NCBI GenBank assembly: GCA_964653055.1
Contig: CAZZCA010000010.1
Location: 14,619-78,618 of the forward strand
Direction: 5' to 3'
Source of the DNA: an uncultured Desulfobulbia bacterium
GTDB lineage: Bacteria > Desulfobacterota > Desulfobulbia > Desulfobulbales > SURF-16
DNA: 64,000 bases
How positions within the stretch are numbered: the stretch's first letter is position 1; every line of letters starts with the position of its first letter. A model generated the notes under the pieces. The model worked only from the letters and a program-made list of their open reading frames with translations, had not been told where the DNA came from and did not search any database. Positions 1 through 9,222 of the stretch are shown piece by piece. A program made the translations under genes and the position numbers.

Positions 1-1047
1 TGACCTACCTACGACCTTTTTGATCAAAGGCAAGCTCCTTCCACAACTACAATAATCGTCTGTAGGGACTGCAAAATCCCCTATTTGATATCGAATTATC
101 GGCAATGAATAATTATTTAGTGACGTAACAAATAATTCACGAAACCCAGGTCCTAAGGAAAAATCATCTGACTGCACAAATTCTGTTAAAACGAAATCCG
201 CCATCAAATGTATCCCGCCCTTTTCACAGGAGAATGCTATAATATTAGTTTCAGCAGCTCCATACTCAACCACCAACGGGCAACCAAAAACCTCTTGCGT
301 TAAACCAAAAGCATCATCATTAATTGTTTCACTCGTGCATTTAACGATTCTTAACCCAAGCGACCGACCGTCAAGAGAATTCTCTTTTACAAACTTAGTA
401 AATTGATAAACCATTGAGGAATATCCTGATAGAATCGCTACCTTTCTTCGCTTTAATTTTTTATAAAAATCAAATAAAATTTCCGCGGTTAAATTATATT
501 CCTTCTCCCGAAATCGATTAAGCACAAAATCCGTTACCCGCATTTTACAGCGAGCCATTCTCTCTACAGGCACCCCCCACAACATCGCCTCCCTGCCACC
601 AACACCAATACCATGCCAGGATATCCCGCGATAATAGGAGGCAGTATGAGCGCCAGTAGCGTCCCTGTCTTTAATGAATTTCAAAACTTTTCCAGTAGAC
701 CCTGAAGTTTTCGCAATCGTTGTTTTCTGTGAACAATTAATTGCCTTAATCTCAGACAGGTTCTCCCTCAATTGATCCTTTGTTAAAGGAGGGATAATTT
801 TAAAATCTTCAATAGTTTGAATTTGGGCAACATCTATCTCATGCCTCTTAAACAATTCATTATAATATTTTGTATTTTTATACGCATGATTAACTAAAGC
901 AACCACCTTCTTACGCTGAATTTCAAGTAACTCATCACGACTCAGACTATCATTTTTTTTCATCTCCCTTAGAAAAGACAAGACAGGCTCTTGCCTAAAC
1001 TTCTGCACAGCAGAATAAATATATTTAGCAAGCAGTGGGTTTAACAT
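1..1047 (-). CDS. Adenylate-forming enzyme of the phenylacetate-CoA ligase / CapK / coenzyme F390 synthetase family; the C-terminus runs off the left edge of the window
   Basis: Not in the ORF track because there is no stop in the window. My own minus-strand translation from the ATG at 1047 reads MLNPLLAKYIYSAVQKFRQEPVLSFLREMKKNDSLSRDELLEIQRKKVVALVNHAYKNTKYYNELFKRHEID...TIAKTSGSTGKVLKFIKDRDATG... The frame stays open to base 1. TSGSTGK is the AMP-binding P-loop, and the layout is typical of CapK-like ligases in capsule/EPS loci. Confidence 0.7.
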   Translation of the reverse strand, partial: MLNPLLAKYIYSAVQKFRQEPVLSFLREMKKNDSLSRDELLEIQRKKVVALVNHAYKNTKYYNELFKRHEIDVAQIQTIEDFKIIPPLTKDQLRENLSEIKAINCSQKTTIAKTSGSTGKVLKFIKDRDATGAHTASYYRGISWHGIGVGGREAMLWGVPVERMARCKMRVTDFVLNRFREKEYNLTAEILFDFYKKLKRRKVAILSGYSSMVYQFTKFVKENSLDGRSLGLRIVKCTSETINDDAFGLTQEVFGCPLVVEYGAAETNIIAFSCEKGGIHLMADFVLTEFVQSDDFSLGPGFRELFVTSLNNYSLPIIRYQIGDFAVPTDDYCSCGRSLPLIKKVVGRS

Positions 1048-1143
1048 TACCTTTTCTTTAGCCTTTTTGACCAAACTCAGCTTCCGGGGAAAAACCTTAG
1101 CTATTAAGCTAATAATTATTTTCAGAAACCAGGGCCAATCATC

Positions 1144-3822
1144 CTATTTAATATTTTTTTTAATAATTCTGAACCTGACAAATTGTAATTCGTTTTTAAG
1201 CAACATCCTTAAATTCCTTAGCCAAAACACTCTTTGAATATTACGGCAATTTTCACTTGAATTATGGTCGCCGAGATATTGTTGCGGGTTAACAAATCCT
1301 TCCAGAAGCAGTTTATGCCTAACCCCATACATCATCCCATTCTGCATAGACAGAACAATTGGCCTCGTCAAATTTTTAGTCTCATACTGATCAAGACGCT
1401 CAACACAGTCATTATAGAAAAAATCAGCTTTTTCAAAAAAAACCTGTCGCAAATCATGATCGCAATACCTTGCGGCAAAAAGAAAAACATTACATTTACG
1501 CAAATCCTGAGCCGCCCATGTTTCGTTAGGAAATTCAAGCTTATCAGGCTTTGTCAAATATGGATATTCATTATCTGCCATCCACTTGGCATAATTGATA
1601 AGGCTCTTACAACCATAATGCCACATTGAATCAAATTTTCCTTCACCAGTTTTCACATCTAAATATTTCCCAAGCGCCTGCAAAAATATCGTGTACATCC
1701 ATCGATTTTCAGCATCGAGCAAATCTCGTTTAACAACATCATCTTGGGGATGAATACATCTGCGGACAAGTTCTTCCGCCAGATCTATATATTTATCAAG
1801 ACCAGAAAGCAAATACGCATCAAGCAATGTATTTAATGAGTTTCCACTGGCCCTGCCTGGTCCATCCAGACTGTATACTTTGTTCAATTGTACCAGCTCT
1901 CTCTTCCCCTTAGCATTTTTCAGGGCAGATTTTGCTTTGCGCATCAACATTATCATCCGGTTACATATGGTTTTGTCCATTTCGATATTACTATTAACAT
2001 ATGAGGCCAAACCATGGACTACCTCCCTTGATGACTCATTCCCGGTTAGAAAATAATGCAGGAGTAAGCCCGAAGAATAAGTATGCGAGAGTGACGGCCC
2101 CCCTCCATATGAGTTCAAATTCCTATCTGAAGAATGATTAAGAGAGAAACATCGGTGTGTTGCGGTCTGAGCATCCAAATAATGCTCGGTATGCCAGAAC
2201 AGTCCATGATTAAATTCGGGACGGTCCTCATTGGTATGGTAGATATCTATATCTTTTACATGAAGGCAAAGCTGGTCAGCCAACTTATACCAGCTCTTGT
2301 CACCACTCCTCAAAAATTGAAGCAATGTGCCTTTAACCCCATCATACTGATTATTATAATGAGAAACCATGGGGGAAGACCCTGAATGTCCAACAGCTTC
2401 ATGGTCAGCATACAGTTCTCCAAAATTGCGCCAGCCATATTCGTCGATGACCTCCCGCCTGTAAAAAAAGCTGTTATCTCCCTCTATGGCGGCATTAATC
2501 AATCCCTGTAGTGACCGGTTCGGGTCTTCCTTTTCCGTGACGAAATAAGGAATTGCTTTTGTTGACGCATACCATTCAGGAGTCGATCTAGGCAAAAGGG
2601 GACCATGAACCAATTCATTAATTGCCTCTTGGCTATTGATTTGTCCAAAATCAAGAAATATTGTATGAGTCTTTTGCTCTCCTCCCTGTAATTCATAGTC
2701 GTCATTAGATTGTTTTGGAAATAAGCGAATGCTGAGAGTATTATCATGCGCCTCCAGAGCCTTGGGAAAGTTCTGCCAGAAATTTTGGACAAAGCCGGTT
2801 ACAGAAATCGTCTTTTTTCCTATTGTCAGAACGGGATTAGCCCGCAACCCCTCATGGATTATTTTATTATCTTCATAGACCTTAAACCCCCGGAACGAAT
2901 GCCTTACTTCATTGTTACGATTTACATGATTCAAGCTCTGCCAATTCTCTCCACCGCTTGAATCCTGATAAATACATAAATTAGAAGATGACTCGATAGT
3001 CTCAGGAGAAATAAGGGGATTCCCATCATCATGAAAACGACATTCAATATCGGAAGAGTCACTTGCTGAATTAACAGCAATTTTTAAAGCAAGATCCTTA
3101 AAATAAATCGACCCAGGATCGCCCAAATCCCAGAGGCCACCCGGGTGACGGGCCGCACGTGGGTTAAGAACACTGAACTCAACCTTTACCAACGTTCGAT
3201 TTGCGAAAAAGTGGAGCCTGGAAGTAAATGATGCCAACTCCCCACCTTCTCCAGACCTGAAAACCCCTTCTAATTTCAATGTAGTCCGCAACGGACCTTT
3301 TGCTTCAAACTCTATTGCACTTACATAGGGGCTGTACTCAACTCCAGTGGCATCAACAATAATGGTATTACATTGGTGATGATTTAATATTTTCTTATCA
3401 CCAATTATTATTTGATCAAAAGGTGTAAAAACTTTGGTACTAACATGAAACGAAGCACCTCCAGTATCTATCAGGACATGCTCCACTGCCTCTTCAATTG
3501 TTATTTGCGGTTGCGGCTGCGGCTGCGGCTGCGGCTGCGGCTGCGAAATCAAAAAATCATCCGGGCCTAATGCAAGTTCCTGAGTAATATTTGCGTTTAT
3601 GTTAGCTTGAAAATCAAGGAGCAGCCATTTTATGCTCTTGTCCGGCCATGTTGCCAGCGGCTGCGTCTGAACAGGAATAATAGCCCCATTTTGATCGGCA
3701 AGTTGAAATCGCCCACCAGACATAACAAGGCCTTGAGGAAGCGGAATTCCAAAAGTTACCGGCTCATTAAGACGATCAATTCCGTTTAACTCTTCAAGAA
3801 CTATAGGAATACAGATCTGCAT
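1144..3822 (-). CDS. Large (892 aa) protein of unknown function; possibly a PcRGLX/YetA-like polysaccharide lyase/hydrolase-type protein (tentative)
   Basis: ATG at 3822, six nt after the upstream stop. No signal peptide. The N-terminus (RLNEPVTFGIPLPQG...ATWPDKSIKWLLLDF) and a C-terminal helical part (HYNNQYDG, LFWHTEHY, GGGPSLSHTYSSGLLLHYFLTG) remind me of three-domain exo-polysaccharide lyase-like proteins. This is recollection, not a search. Contains an internal (QP)6-7 linker. Confidence 0.45.
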   Translation of the reverse strand: MQICIPIVLEELNGIDRLNEPVTFGIPLPQGLVMSGGRFQLADQNGAIIPVQTQPLATWPDKSIKWLLLDFQANINANITQELALGPDDFLISQPQPQPQPQPQPQITIEEAVEHVLIDTGGASFHVSTKVFTPFDQIIIGDKKILNHHQCNTIIVDATGVEYSPYVSAIEFEAKGPLRTTLKLEGVFRSGEGGELASFTSRLHFFANRTLVKVEFSVLNPRAARHPGGLWDLGDPGSIYFKDLALKIAVNSASDSSDIECRFHDDGNPLISPETIESSSNLCIYQDSSGGENWQSLNHVNRNNEVRHSFRGFKVYEDNKIIHEGLRANPVLTIGKKTISVTGFVQNFWQNFPKALEAHDNTLSIRLFPKQSNDDYELQGGEQKTHTIFLDFGQINSQEAINELVHGPLLPRSTPEWYASTKAIPYFVTEKEDPNRSLQGLINAAIEGDNSFFYRREVIDEYGWRNFGELYADHEAVGHSGSSPMVSHYNNQYDGVKGTLLQFLRSGDKSWYKLADQLCLHVKDIDIYHTNEDRPEFNHGLFWHTEHYLDAQTATHRCFSLNHSSDRNLNSYGGGPSLSHTYSSGLLLHYFLTGNESSREVVHGLASYVNSNIEMDKTICNRMIMLMRKAKSALKNAKGKRELVQLNKVYSLDGPGRASGNSLNTLLDAYLLSGLDKYIDLAEELVRRCIHPQDDVVKRDLLDAENRWMYTIFLQALGKYLDVKTGEGKFDSMWHYGCKSLINYAKWMADNEYPYLTKPDKLEFPNETWAAQDLRKCNVFLFAARYCDHDLRQVFFEKADFFYNDCVERLDQYETKNLTRPIVLSMQNGMMYGVRHKLLLEGFVNPQQYLGDHNSSENCRNIQRVFWLRNLRMLLKNELQFVRFRIIKKNIK
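3506..3547. repeat. Hexanucleotide microsatellite (TGCGGC)n, 6 units plus a degenerate unit, coding for (QP)n inside the 892-aa ORF
   Basis: Read directly: tgcggt tgcggc tgcggc tgcggc tgcggc tgcggc tgcgaa. On the coding strand this is CAGCCG repeats giving SQPQPQPQPQPQPQI. Confidence 0.95.
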
Positions 3823-3827
3823 AATAA

Positions 3828-4940
3828 TTACTGCACATATAATTCTTCATACGACTTTATCATCTTGTCAACGGTAAAATGCTTCTCAAATCTCATGCGC
3901 CCATTCTGCCCCATTTGCCTTAACAGACCTCGATCTTCATACAATTTCAAAATTGCCCTTACTAAAGCATCTTCATCATTATCAGGGATGATACATCCTG
4001 TTTCATTTTCTTTAATGATCTCAGGATTACCACCAACTTCCGTAACAATACACGGCACACTACTCGCCATCGCCTCAAGCAATGTCATAGCGGTCCCCTC
4101 ACTGAAAGAAGTCAACAAAAAAACATCCATAATCTTGTAAAAATGATGAGTATCTTGTCTAAATCCGGTAAAAATAAGATGTGAGTCAATGTGCAATTCT
4201 GCGCCAAGAGACTCTAACCTCTCACGTTCAGGCCCATCTCCAATAACCAACAAGTAGCAATCCGGACAAATCGGCAGAACTCTCCCCAAAGCTTTAAGCA
4301 TCAATTCCTGATTTTTTATTCTATCCAGGCGTGCTACAGTTCCTAATACAAACGCATCGGACGGTATCCCCCATGTTGCTTTTACCGCCTGAGAGGGGGT
4401 TAAAAGGAACATCCCATCATCGATTCCATTATAAATAACCTTTATTTTTTGGGGGGGGAAATTTTCAAATTCAGCGAGAGCTTTACCAGTAGCGACGGAA
4501 ATAGCAGTAACATGCTGAGTTAACAAGCTTAATATCGGATTAACCCAAACTCTCTTAGGCTTTCTCTTGTCAGGGAAAAAACGACCATGTTCAGTAAAAA
4601 TAATTTTCAGCGATGTCCCCAAAGAAGCAAATAATCCATAAATATAAGGTGTGTATTGATGACAATGAATAACATCAATTCTCTCCCTGATGACATATTG
4701 CCTAATTTTTCTTATTAACTGAAAATCAAGGCCAGGTTTACGACCAAAAGAAATTACGGAAAAACCTCTGTCAATAAGATGCTTACCGAAAGGTCCGATC
4801 TCCCTTTCAAGGCAAAGAATCGACACATCAAATTTTGAGGAATCTGAATGTGCTACCAAATTCAGAATAACTTGCTCTGCACCACCAATTTGCATATCAA
4901 ATGTAAGATGTGCAACTTTTTTTATAATTACTGAAGGCAT
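3828..4940 (-). CDS. Glycosyltransferase family 4 (GT-B fold)
   Basis: 370 aa. C-terminal EX7E-type region LLTSFSEGTAMTLLEAMASSVPCIVTEVGGNPEII. Tight spacing with neighbouring genes. Confidence 0.85.
   Translation of the reverse strand: MPSVIIKKVAHLTFDMQIGGAEQVILNLVAHSDSSKFDVSILCLEREIGPFGKHLIDRGFSVISFGRKPGLDFQLIRKIRQYVIRERIDVIHCHQYTPYIYGLFASLGTSLKIIFTEHGRFFPDKRKPKRVWVNPILSLLTQHVTAISVATGKALAEFENFPPQKIKVIYNGIDDGMFLLTPSQAVKATWGIPSDAFVLGTVARLDRIKNQELMLKALGRVLPICPDCYLLVIGDGPERERLESLGAELHIDSHLIFTGFRQDTHHFYKIMDVFLLTSFSEGTAMTLLEAMASSVPCIVTEVGGNPEIIKENETGCIIPDNDEDALVRAILKLYEDRGLLRQMGQNGRMRFEKHFTVDKMIKSYEELYVQ
4451..4458. repeat. G8 homopolymer (C8 on the coding strand, followed by A6) inside the GT4 gene
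   Basis: Read directly: tttttt gggggggg aa. Encodes FPPQK. Confidence 0.95.
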
Positions 4941-4955
4941 CGATTAGCTCAGCTT

Positions 4956-6191
4956 CTATTGTGACAGCAAATAATTTAAATACGACAAATTGACATCCCA
5001 AGAATAATTTTCCTCTACATTCATAATTGCTTTTCCCCCCATAAGGTCTCTTTGCAAGTCATTCTCCATCAGGGTGATAACTTTCTCGGCAAACTCCTCT
5101 TCCGAATCAGCAATTAAGATATCTTCATTTTCATGGCAGATAAGCCCGTCACTGGCATTAGATGTAGCAACAATCGCTTTCCCAGATGCCATGGCCTCAA
5201 GAACCTTATTTTGCAGACCTCTCGCTATCCTTAAGGGAATAACACAAATATCTGCCAACATATAGAACTCACGAATATCCTCGACATATCCGGTAACCGT
5301 AACCCCATCGATTTCAGACAAATTCCAAACAACATCAGTGGGATTGTTACCAACTATATAAAACTCTACTTGAGGTATCTTTTTTCTAATAATTGGGAAA
5401 ATCTGCTCGCAGAACCATTTCACCCCATCCTCATTGGCAAAATAATCCATCACCCCGGTAAAAACTAAAGCCAAACTTTTACCCGTTAATGATTGAGAGG
5501 GCACAAATTCCTCCGGTTCCGACAAATTAAATTCTTCAGTAGCAGAGAAAAAATCAAGGCTGACACCATTGGGAATAACCTCAATGTTCTTTATATTTGG
5601 AGATAGTCTTCGTAGTACTTTTTTCTCTCTTGAGGAAACAAAAATAGAGTGGTGAAAAATATCATTAATTTTCTTCTCATACTGAAATAGCCTCTTATTC
5701 TCAATATGATAAATCCACTTCATTGGGATTTTAGAGTATTCAGCGTACTGTCTCCACTTATCTGAATCCAAATCGACAAAATCAATAATCAATTTAATTC
5801 CATGCAAGCCATCTTCATTAAATTTCGGAGTTCGCAGAACATATTCTGCCATGCTAGAGCAAAAACAGAAAATAACATCGATTGATTTTTCACGTATAGT
5901 TCTATCCACAAACTCCTGAATACCTGGATCGTAAAATGAGGAAACTGAAAAAGGTTTGCTGCAAAAAAAACTACGCAATACTCTCAGTCTTTTATTAAAA
6001 TAAACCGCATGAATATCATTACAAAATTCCTCCAACTTGGGAATATAATCGTATTCATTAATATCATCACAGGTGGTAGCAAGATAGACATTATGCTCTT
6101 TTGATAAAAATTTTATCTCATTAAAAGAACGGATCTTATCTCCCTTGTTGGGCGGGAAAGGGATACGGTGAGATAAAAATAGAATGTTCAC
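4956..6191 (-). CDS. PEP-CTERM/XrtA-system-associated sugar transferase (TIGR03087-type GT-B glycosyltransferase)
   Basis: 411 aa with a GTG start. The N-terminus NILFLSHRIPFPPNKGDKIRSF is the hallmark start of this family as I recall it. C-terminal GT-B part NKVLEAMASGKAIVAT. Confidence 0.8.
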   Translation of the reverse strand: MNILFLSHRIPFPPNKGDKIRSFNEIKFLSKEHNVYLATTCDDINEYDYIPKLEEFCNDIHAVYFNKRLRVLRSFFCSKPFSVSSFYDPGIQEFVDRTIREKSIDVIFCFCSSMAEYVLRTPKFNEDGLHGIKLIIDFVDLDSDKWRQYAEYSKIPMKWIYHIENKRLFQYEKKINDIFHHSIFVSSREKKVLRRLSPNIKNIEVIPNGVSLDFFSATEEFNLSEPEEFVPSQSLTGKSLALVFTGVMDYFANEDGVKWFCEQIFPIIRKKIPQVEFYIVGNNPTDVVWNLSEIDGVTVTGYVEDIREFYMLADICVIPLRIARGLQNKVLEAMASGKAIVATSNASDGLICHENEDILIADSEEEFAEKVITLMENDLQRDLMGGKAIMNVEENYSWDVNLSYLNYLLSQ

Positions 6192-6205
6192 TTAAATGCT
6201 TCCTA

Positions 6206-7510
6206 TTATGATTTATTTATTAATGGCCTGAGTTGAGTCTGTAAGGAGAAGTTCAATATAAGAAGATAATAGAGAAGCTCATAGGTAGCCAAATTAAGGA
6301 ACATGGAACAAACAAAATAGCCAGAAATACTACAAAATATAGAGTCCTGCAAAGATAGATAGAATGGATCAATATCCTCATTACAGCCTCCTCTAAGCTT
6401 AAAATTTCCAAAGAACATCTGCGCACAAATTAATAAATAGAGTATACCGGCAAAAAAACCAGACTCACTCGCAAACTGAACAAAAGTATTATGAGCAACA
6501 AACGGCTGGGTTGTTGCATAATCGGAATAGGCTTTAACAAAATTGCCAGGTCCAACACCAGTCAACGGATGATCAGCCATCATTTTCAAACCAACTAGCC
6601 AAGAATCAAATCTTGATTGAGCTGTGTCAATGTCTGACAGCCCACCACTTAAAGAATCAACTCTCTGCAAAAGATATCCCCCTCCTTGATATACAATAGC
6701 AATCAATAAAAGAAGGGGTATTGCCATATAAAAAACTTTTCTTTCTGACCTGACGGCAACAATAATCATCACAATAGATAAGCTTATCAAGCCACCAAGA
6801 GAGCCAGTTAAGAAAACCACATGCCATGCCAGAGGGATACAGGCCCAAAGAAAATATCTTATAATTTTATTATTAAAATAATCTCCAACAAAAAATAAAA
6901 ACGGAATCGCCGTTACAAACAACATAGCAAAAACATTCTGGTCAGAATAAATACCCCGCATTGCTGGCCCACCTAACCGAGCCCCATACACAATATACAT
7001 TTGACCGGAAAAATACATTTCATGAGCCCATACAATATAATATACAATAGTAAACAATATTATAGCGGTAAAACATTTAAGCTTTTTAATATCATCAATC
7101 AGAAAAATAGAGACAAAATAGAACAATAAAGCTTTGTTCATATTCGACATAATAGTTGCAGGATCAAAAGTACTTGCTGAATACAATTTAACATCACGCA
7201 ACGACTCATTACCATACGGATTAAACAAATAAGATATAACAATACATAACCACAAAATAGCCAAATATAAATTCTGACTGTTTTTTAGACTCGCAAAATC
7301 AATCCTTCCTGCTAAAATCTTTATAAAAAAACCTACAAATGTCCCCATAGCAATCAGTTTAGACGCATGAAAATAACCAAAAATCCAGCTCCATATACTT
7401 TGGGGATGCAATACATTAAACATGTAATACGCAACAACACCAATCCAGGGGAAAAATACCGCAAGAAATGTGGCACCATATGTAATAGAATAAAAAAATA
7501 ATTTAGTCAT
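6206..7510 (-). CDS. O-antigen ligase/polymerase-like (Wzy_C) integral membrane protein; exosortase-A-associated putative O-glycosylation ligase type
   Basis: 434 aa, with many hydrophobic helices throughout and a central loop. Its position beside the TIGR03087-type GT matches canonical XrtA loci. Confidence 0.7.
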   Translation of the reverse strand: MTKLFFYSITYGATFLAVFFPWIGVVAYYMFNVLHPQSIWSWIFGYFHASKLIAMGTFVGFFIKILAGRIDFASLKNSQNLYLAILWLCIVISYLFNPYGNESLRDVKLYSASTFDPATIMSNMNKALLFYFVSIFLIDDIKKLKCFTAIILFTIVYYIVWAHEMYFSGQMYIVYGARLGGPAMRGIYSDQNVFAMLFVTAIPFLFFVGDYFNNKIIRYFLWACIPLAWHVVFLTGSLGGLISLSIVMIIVAVRSERKVFYMAIPLLLLIAIVYQGGGYLLQRVDSLSGGLSDIDTAQSRFDSWLVGLKMMADHPLTGVGPGNFVKAYSDYATTQPFVAHNTFVQFASESGFFAGILYLLICAQMFFGNFKLRGGCNEDIDPFYLSLQDSIFCSISGYFVCSMFLNLATYELLYYLLILNFSLQTQLRPLINKS

Positions 7511-7547
7511 TAATTTGCCATGAACCTACAGGAATCATTACCGATGA

Positions 7548-8495
7548 CTACTTAACTCCAATCATGTGAAGAGGGTGAAATAACTCTCCGACAATCGGCA
7601 CATCAATAAAGAGTAACACCAGAACCAGCAAAAAACAAAAAGAGGAATAAACCACAAGGCCTCGCTGCTTATAAAGTCTCTCAGGGTACTGAGCGGGACT
7701 ATCCTCCCAGAAGGCAAGGCGCATATACATCGGGATAAAACCAGCCAGAAAGGGCACACTTAAGATGAGCTCAATACGGTAGCGAATAAGAAAAACCCCA
7801 AAAAACAGACTAAAGGCTGCAGCATAATAAACAATGCTCAAGAGAAGCCGGTATTCATTATAGTAAGAAAATGAAGATCTGTATTTCCTGGCTGTTTCCG
7901 GGTCACCTATTCTTTTAAATTCAGCATAACGCTTTATGGCCATAAAAAAAGCCCCAATCATCCAGTAGGCAAGGATAAACGACAATGTCGGAGGATATGA
8001 CTGATTGATCGCAAACCAGCCTAGAAAAAGCCTGAGGGGATTATTTACAGACTCCGATAAAACATCAAGATAAGGTAAATCTTTCAGACGGATCGGAGGA
8101 ATATTGTACAGCTGCCCCATCACCAAAAGAGAAGCAAGACTCCAGAAAAAATAAAGATTAAGCTGCCAACCTACAACTAGACCCAATATAGCCAGAATCA
8201 CCCATTCCACATAAGCGATTTTCAGATTGACATCTCCGGAAGGAATTGGCCTTTTCTTCTTAACCGGATGAAGGGCATCTTTTGACGCGTCTAATATCTC
8301 ATTAATGGTATAATTACTCGAAGCAATTAGGCATGTCGCAATCAAAGCAATTACGATATCTGGAATTATTGACCAGGAAAAAACATCAGGGGAGTCAAAA
8401 CAGGCGAGGACAACTCCCGGAATCATAAAAACATTCTTAAACCAATTATCTGGCCGGGCTATCTTTATGTATGGGGCTATTCGCTTATAATTCAT
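7548..8495 (-). CDS. UbiA-superfamily prenyltransferase, polyprenyl-phosphate phosphoribosyltransferase-like (Rv3806c/DPPR-synthase-like subgroup)
   Basis: 315 aa with about 8-9 TM helices. ARPDNWFKNVF near the N-terminus. First Asp-rich motif region NYTINEILDASKDALHPVKKKRPIPSG (NDxxDxxxD-like, with E in place of the first D). Confidence 0.6.
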   Translation of the reverse strand: MNYKRIAPYIKIARPDNWFKNVFMIPGVVLACFDSPDVFSWSIIPDIVIALIATCLIASSNYTINEILDASKDALHPVKKKRPIPSGDVNLKIAYVEWVILAILGLVVGWQLNLYFFWSLASLLVMGQLYNIPPIRLKDLPYLDVLSESVNNPLRLFLGWFAINQSYPPTLSFILAYWMIGAFFMAIKRYAEFKRIGDPETARKYRSSFSYYNEYRLLLSIVYYAAAFSLFFGVFLIRYRIELILSVPFLAGFIPMYMRLAFWEDSPAQYPERLYKQRGLVVYSSFCFLLVLVLLFIDVPIVGELFHPLHMIGVK

Positions 8496-8508
8496 CCATT
8501 ATGTCTCT

Positions 8509-9219
8509 TTAATTTGTTATGACTGCGGCAATGCCATATAGCTCTCTCATGCTGCGGATATAAATGCACCCTGGGCATAATCCTTCCTGAAATGGGCCGA
8601 TAATCACAGGCTTCATGCCCGCATATTTAGCCCCTAACCCGTCCACCTCCACCCTGTCTCCAACATAAACAATTTCATCAGGCCGCAACCCCATTTGCTG
8701 AGCCGCCAGCTCAAACCCGTTACTATCAGGTTTAAAGCCTTCCACATCTTTATCACTTGCAGACATAATGATGGAGAAATAAGAACTTAATCCAAGAGCC
8801 TGTATTTTGGTATGGGCAGGATAGTCAGAAAAAACTCCTAACTTAACACCTTTTTCCTGTAATTTGCCAAGAACAACAGACACACCCTTTCTTCTGAAAA
8901 ATTTGATCAGGCAAAGAGGCCTTCTCTCAAACCATTCCTGAACAACAGACTCAACATCGCTAAGAGATTCTCCTGTTTTAATGACTGTTAAAGCAATTTG
9001 ACCAATTTGCTCTTTACTGTGCCTTAACTCTTCTTGAGCCCTACGATAATTATATATTATTTTCAGGGTCTTAAGAAATTTTATCGGACGGCAAATGAGA
9101 GTTGCCAACCAGAAACACATTGTCAGTCGAAGTGGAACTTGATGATAAAGTGTACCATCAACATCAAAAAGAATACCCTTAAAACCTGAAAACAAACTCG
9201 TTTCAGCATCTAAACCCAT
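8509..9219 (-). CDS. HAD-superfamily hydrolase (phosphatase)
   Basis: 236 aa. Motif I is ILFDVDGTLYH. C-terminal motif YVGDRVEVDGLGA (HAD motif IV-like). Confidence 0.75.
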   Translation of the reverse strand: MGLDAETSLFSGFKGILFDVDGTLYHQVPLRLTMCFWLATLICRPIKFLKTLKIIYNYRRAQEELRHSKEQIGQIALTVIKTGESLSDVESVVQEWFERRPLCLIKFFRRKGVSVVLGKLQEKGVKLGVFSDYPAHTKIQALGLSSYFSIIMSASDKDVEGFKPDSNGFELAAQQMGLRPDEIVYVGDRVEVDGLGAKYAGMKPVIIGPFQEGLCPGCIYIRSMRELYGIAAVITN

Positions 9220-9222
9220 AAT

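Noticed and set aside
1048-1146. The 892-aa ORF stop (TAG, 1146-1144) and the downstream CapK-like ATG (1047) are in the same frame with 32 sense codons between them. This could suggest readthrough or a split gene.
   Set aside because: The two proteins are complete, unrelated domains. The spacer translation (DDWPWFLKIIISLIAKVFPRKLSLVKKAKEKV) has no homology signal that I recognise. An open 96-nt in-frame stretch in AT-rich DNA is not improbable.
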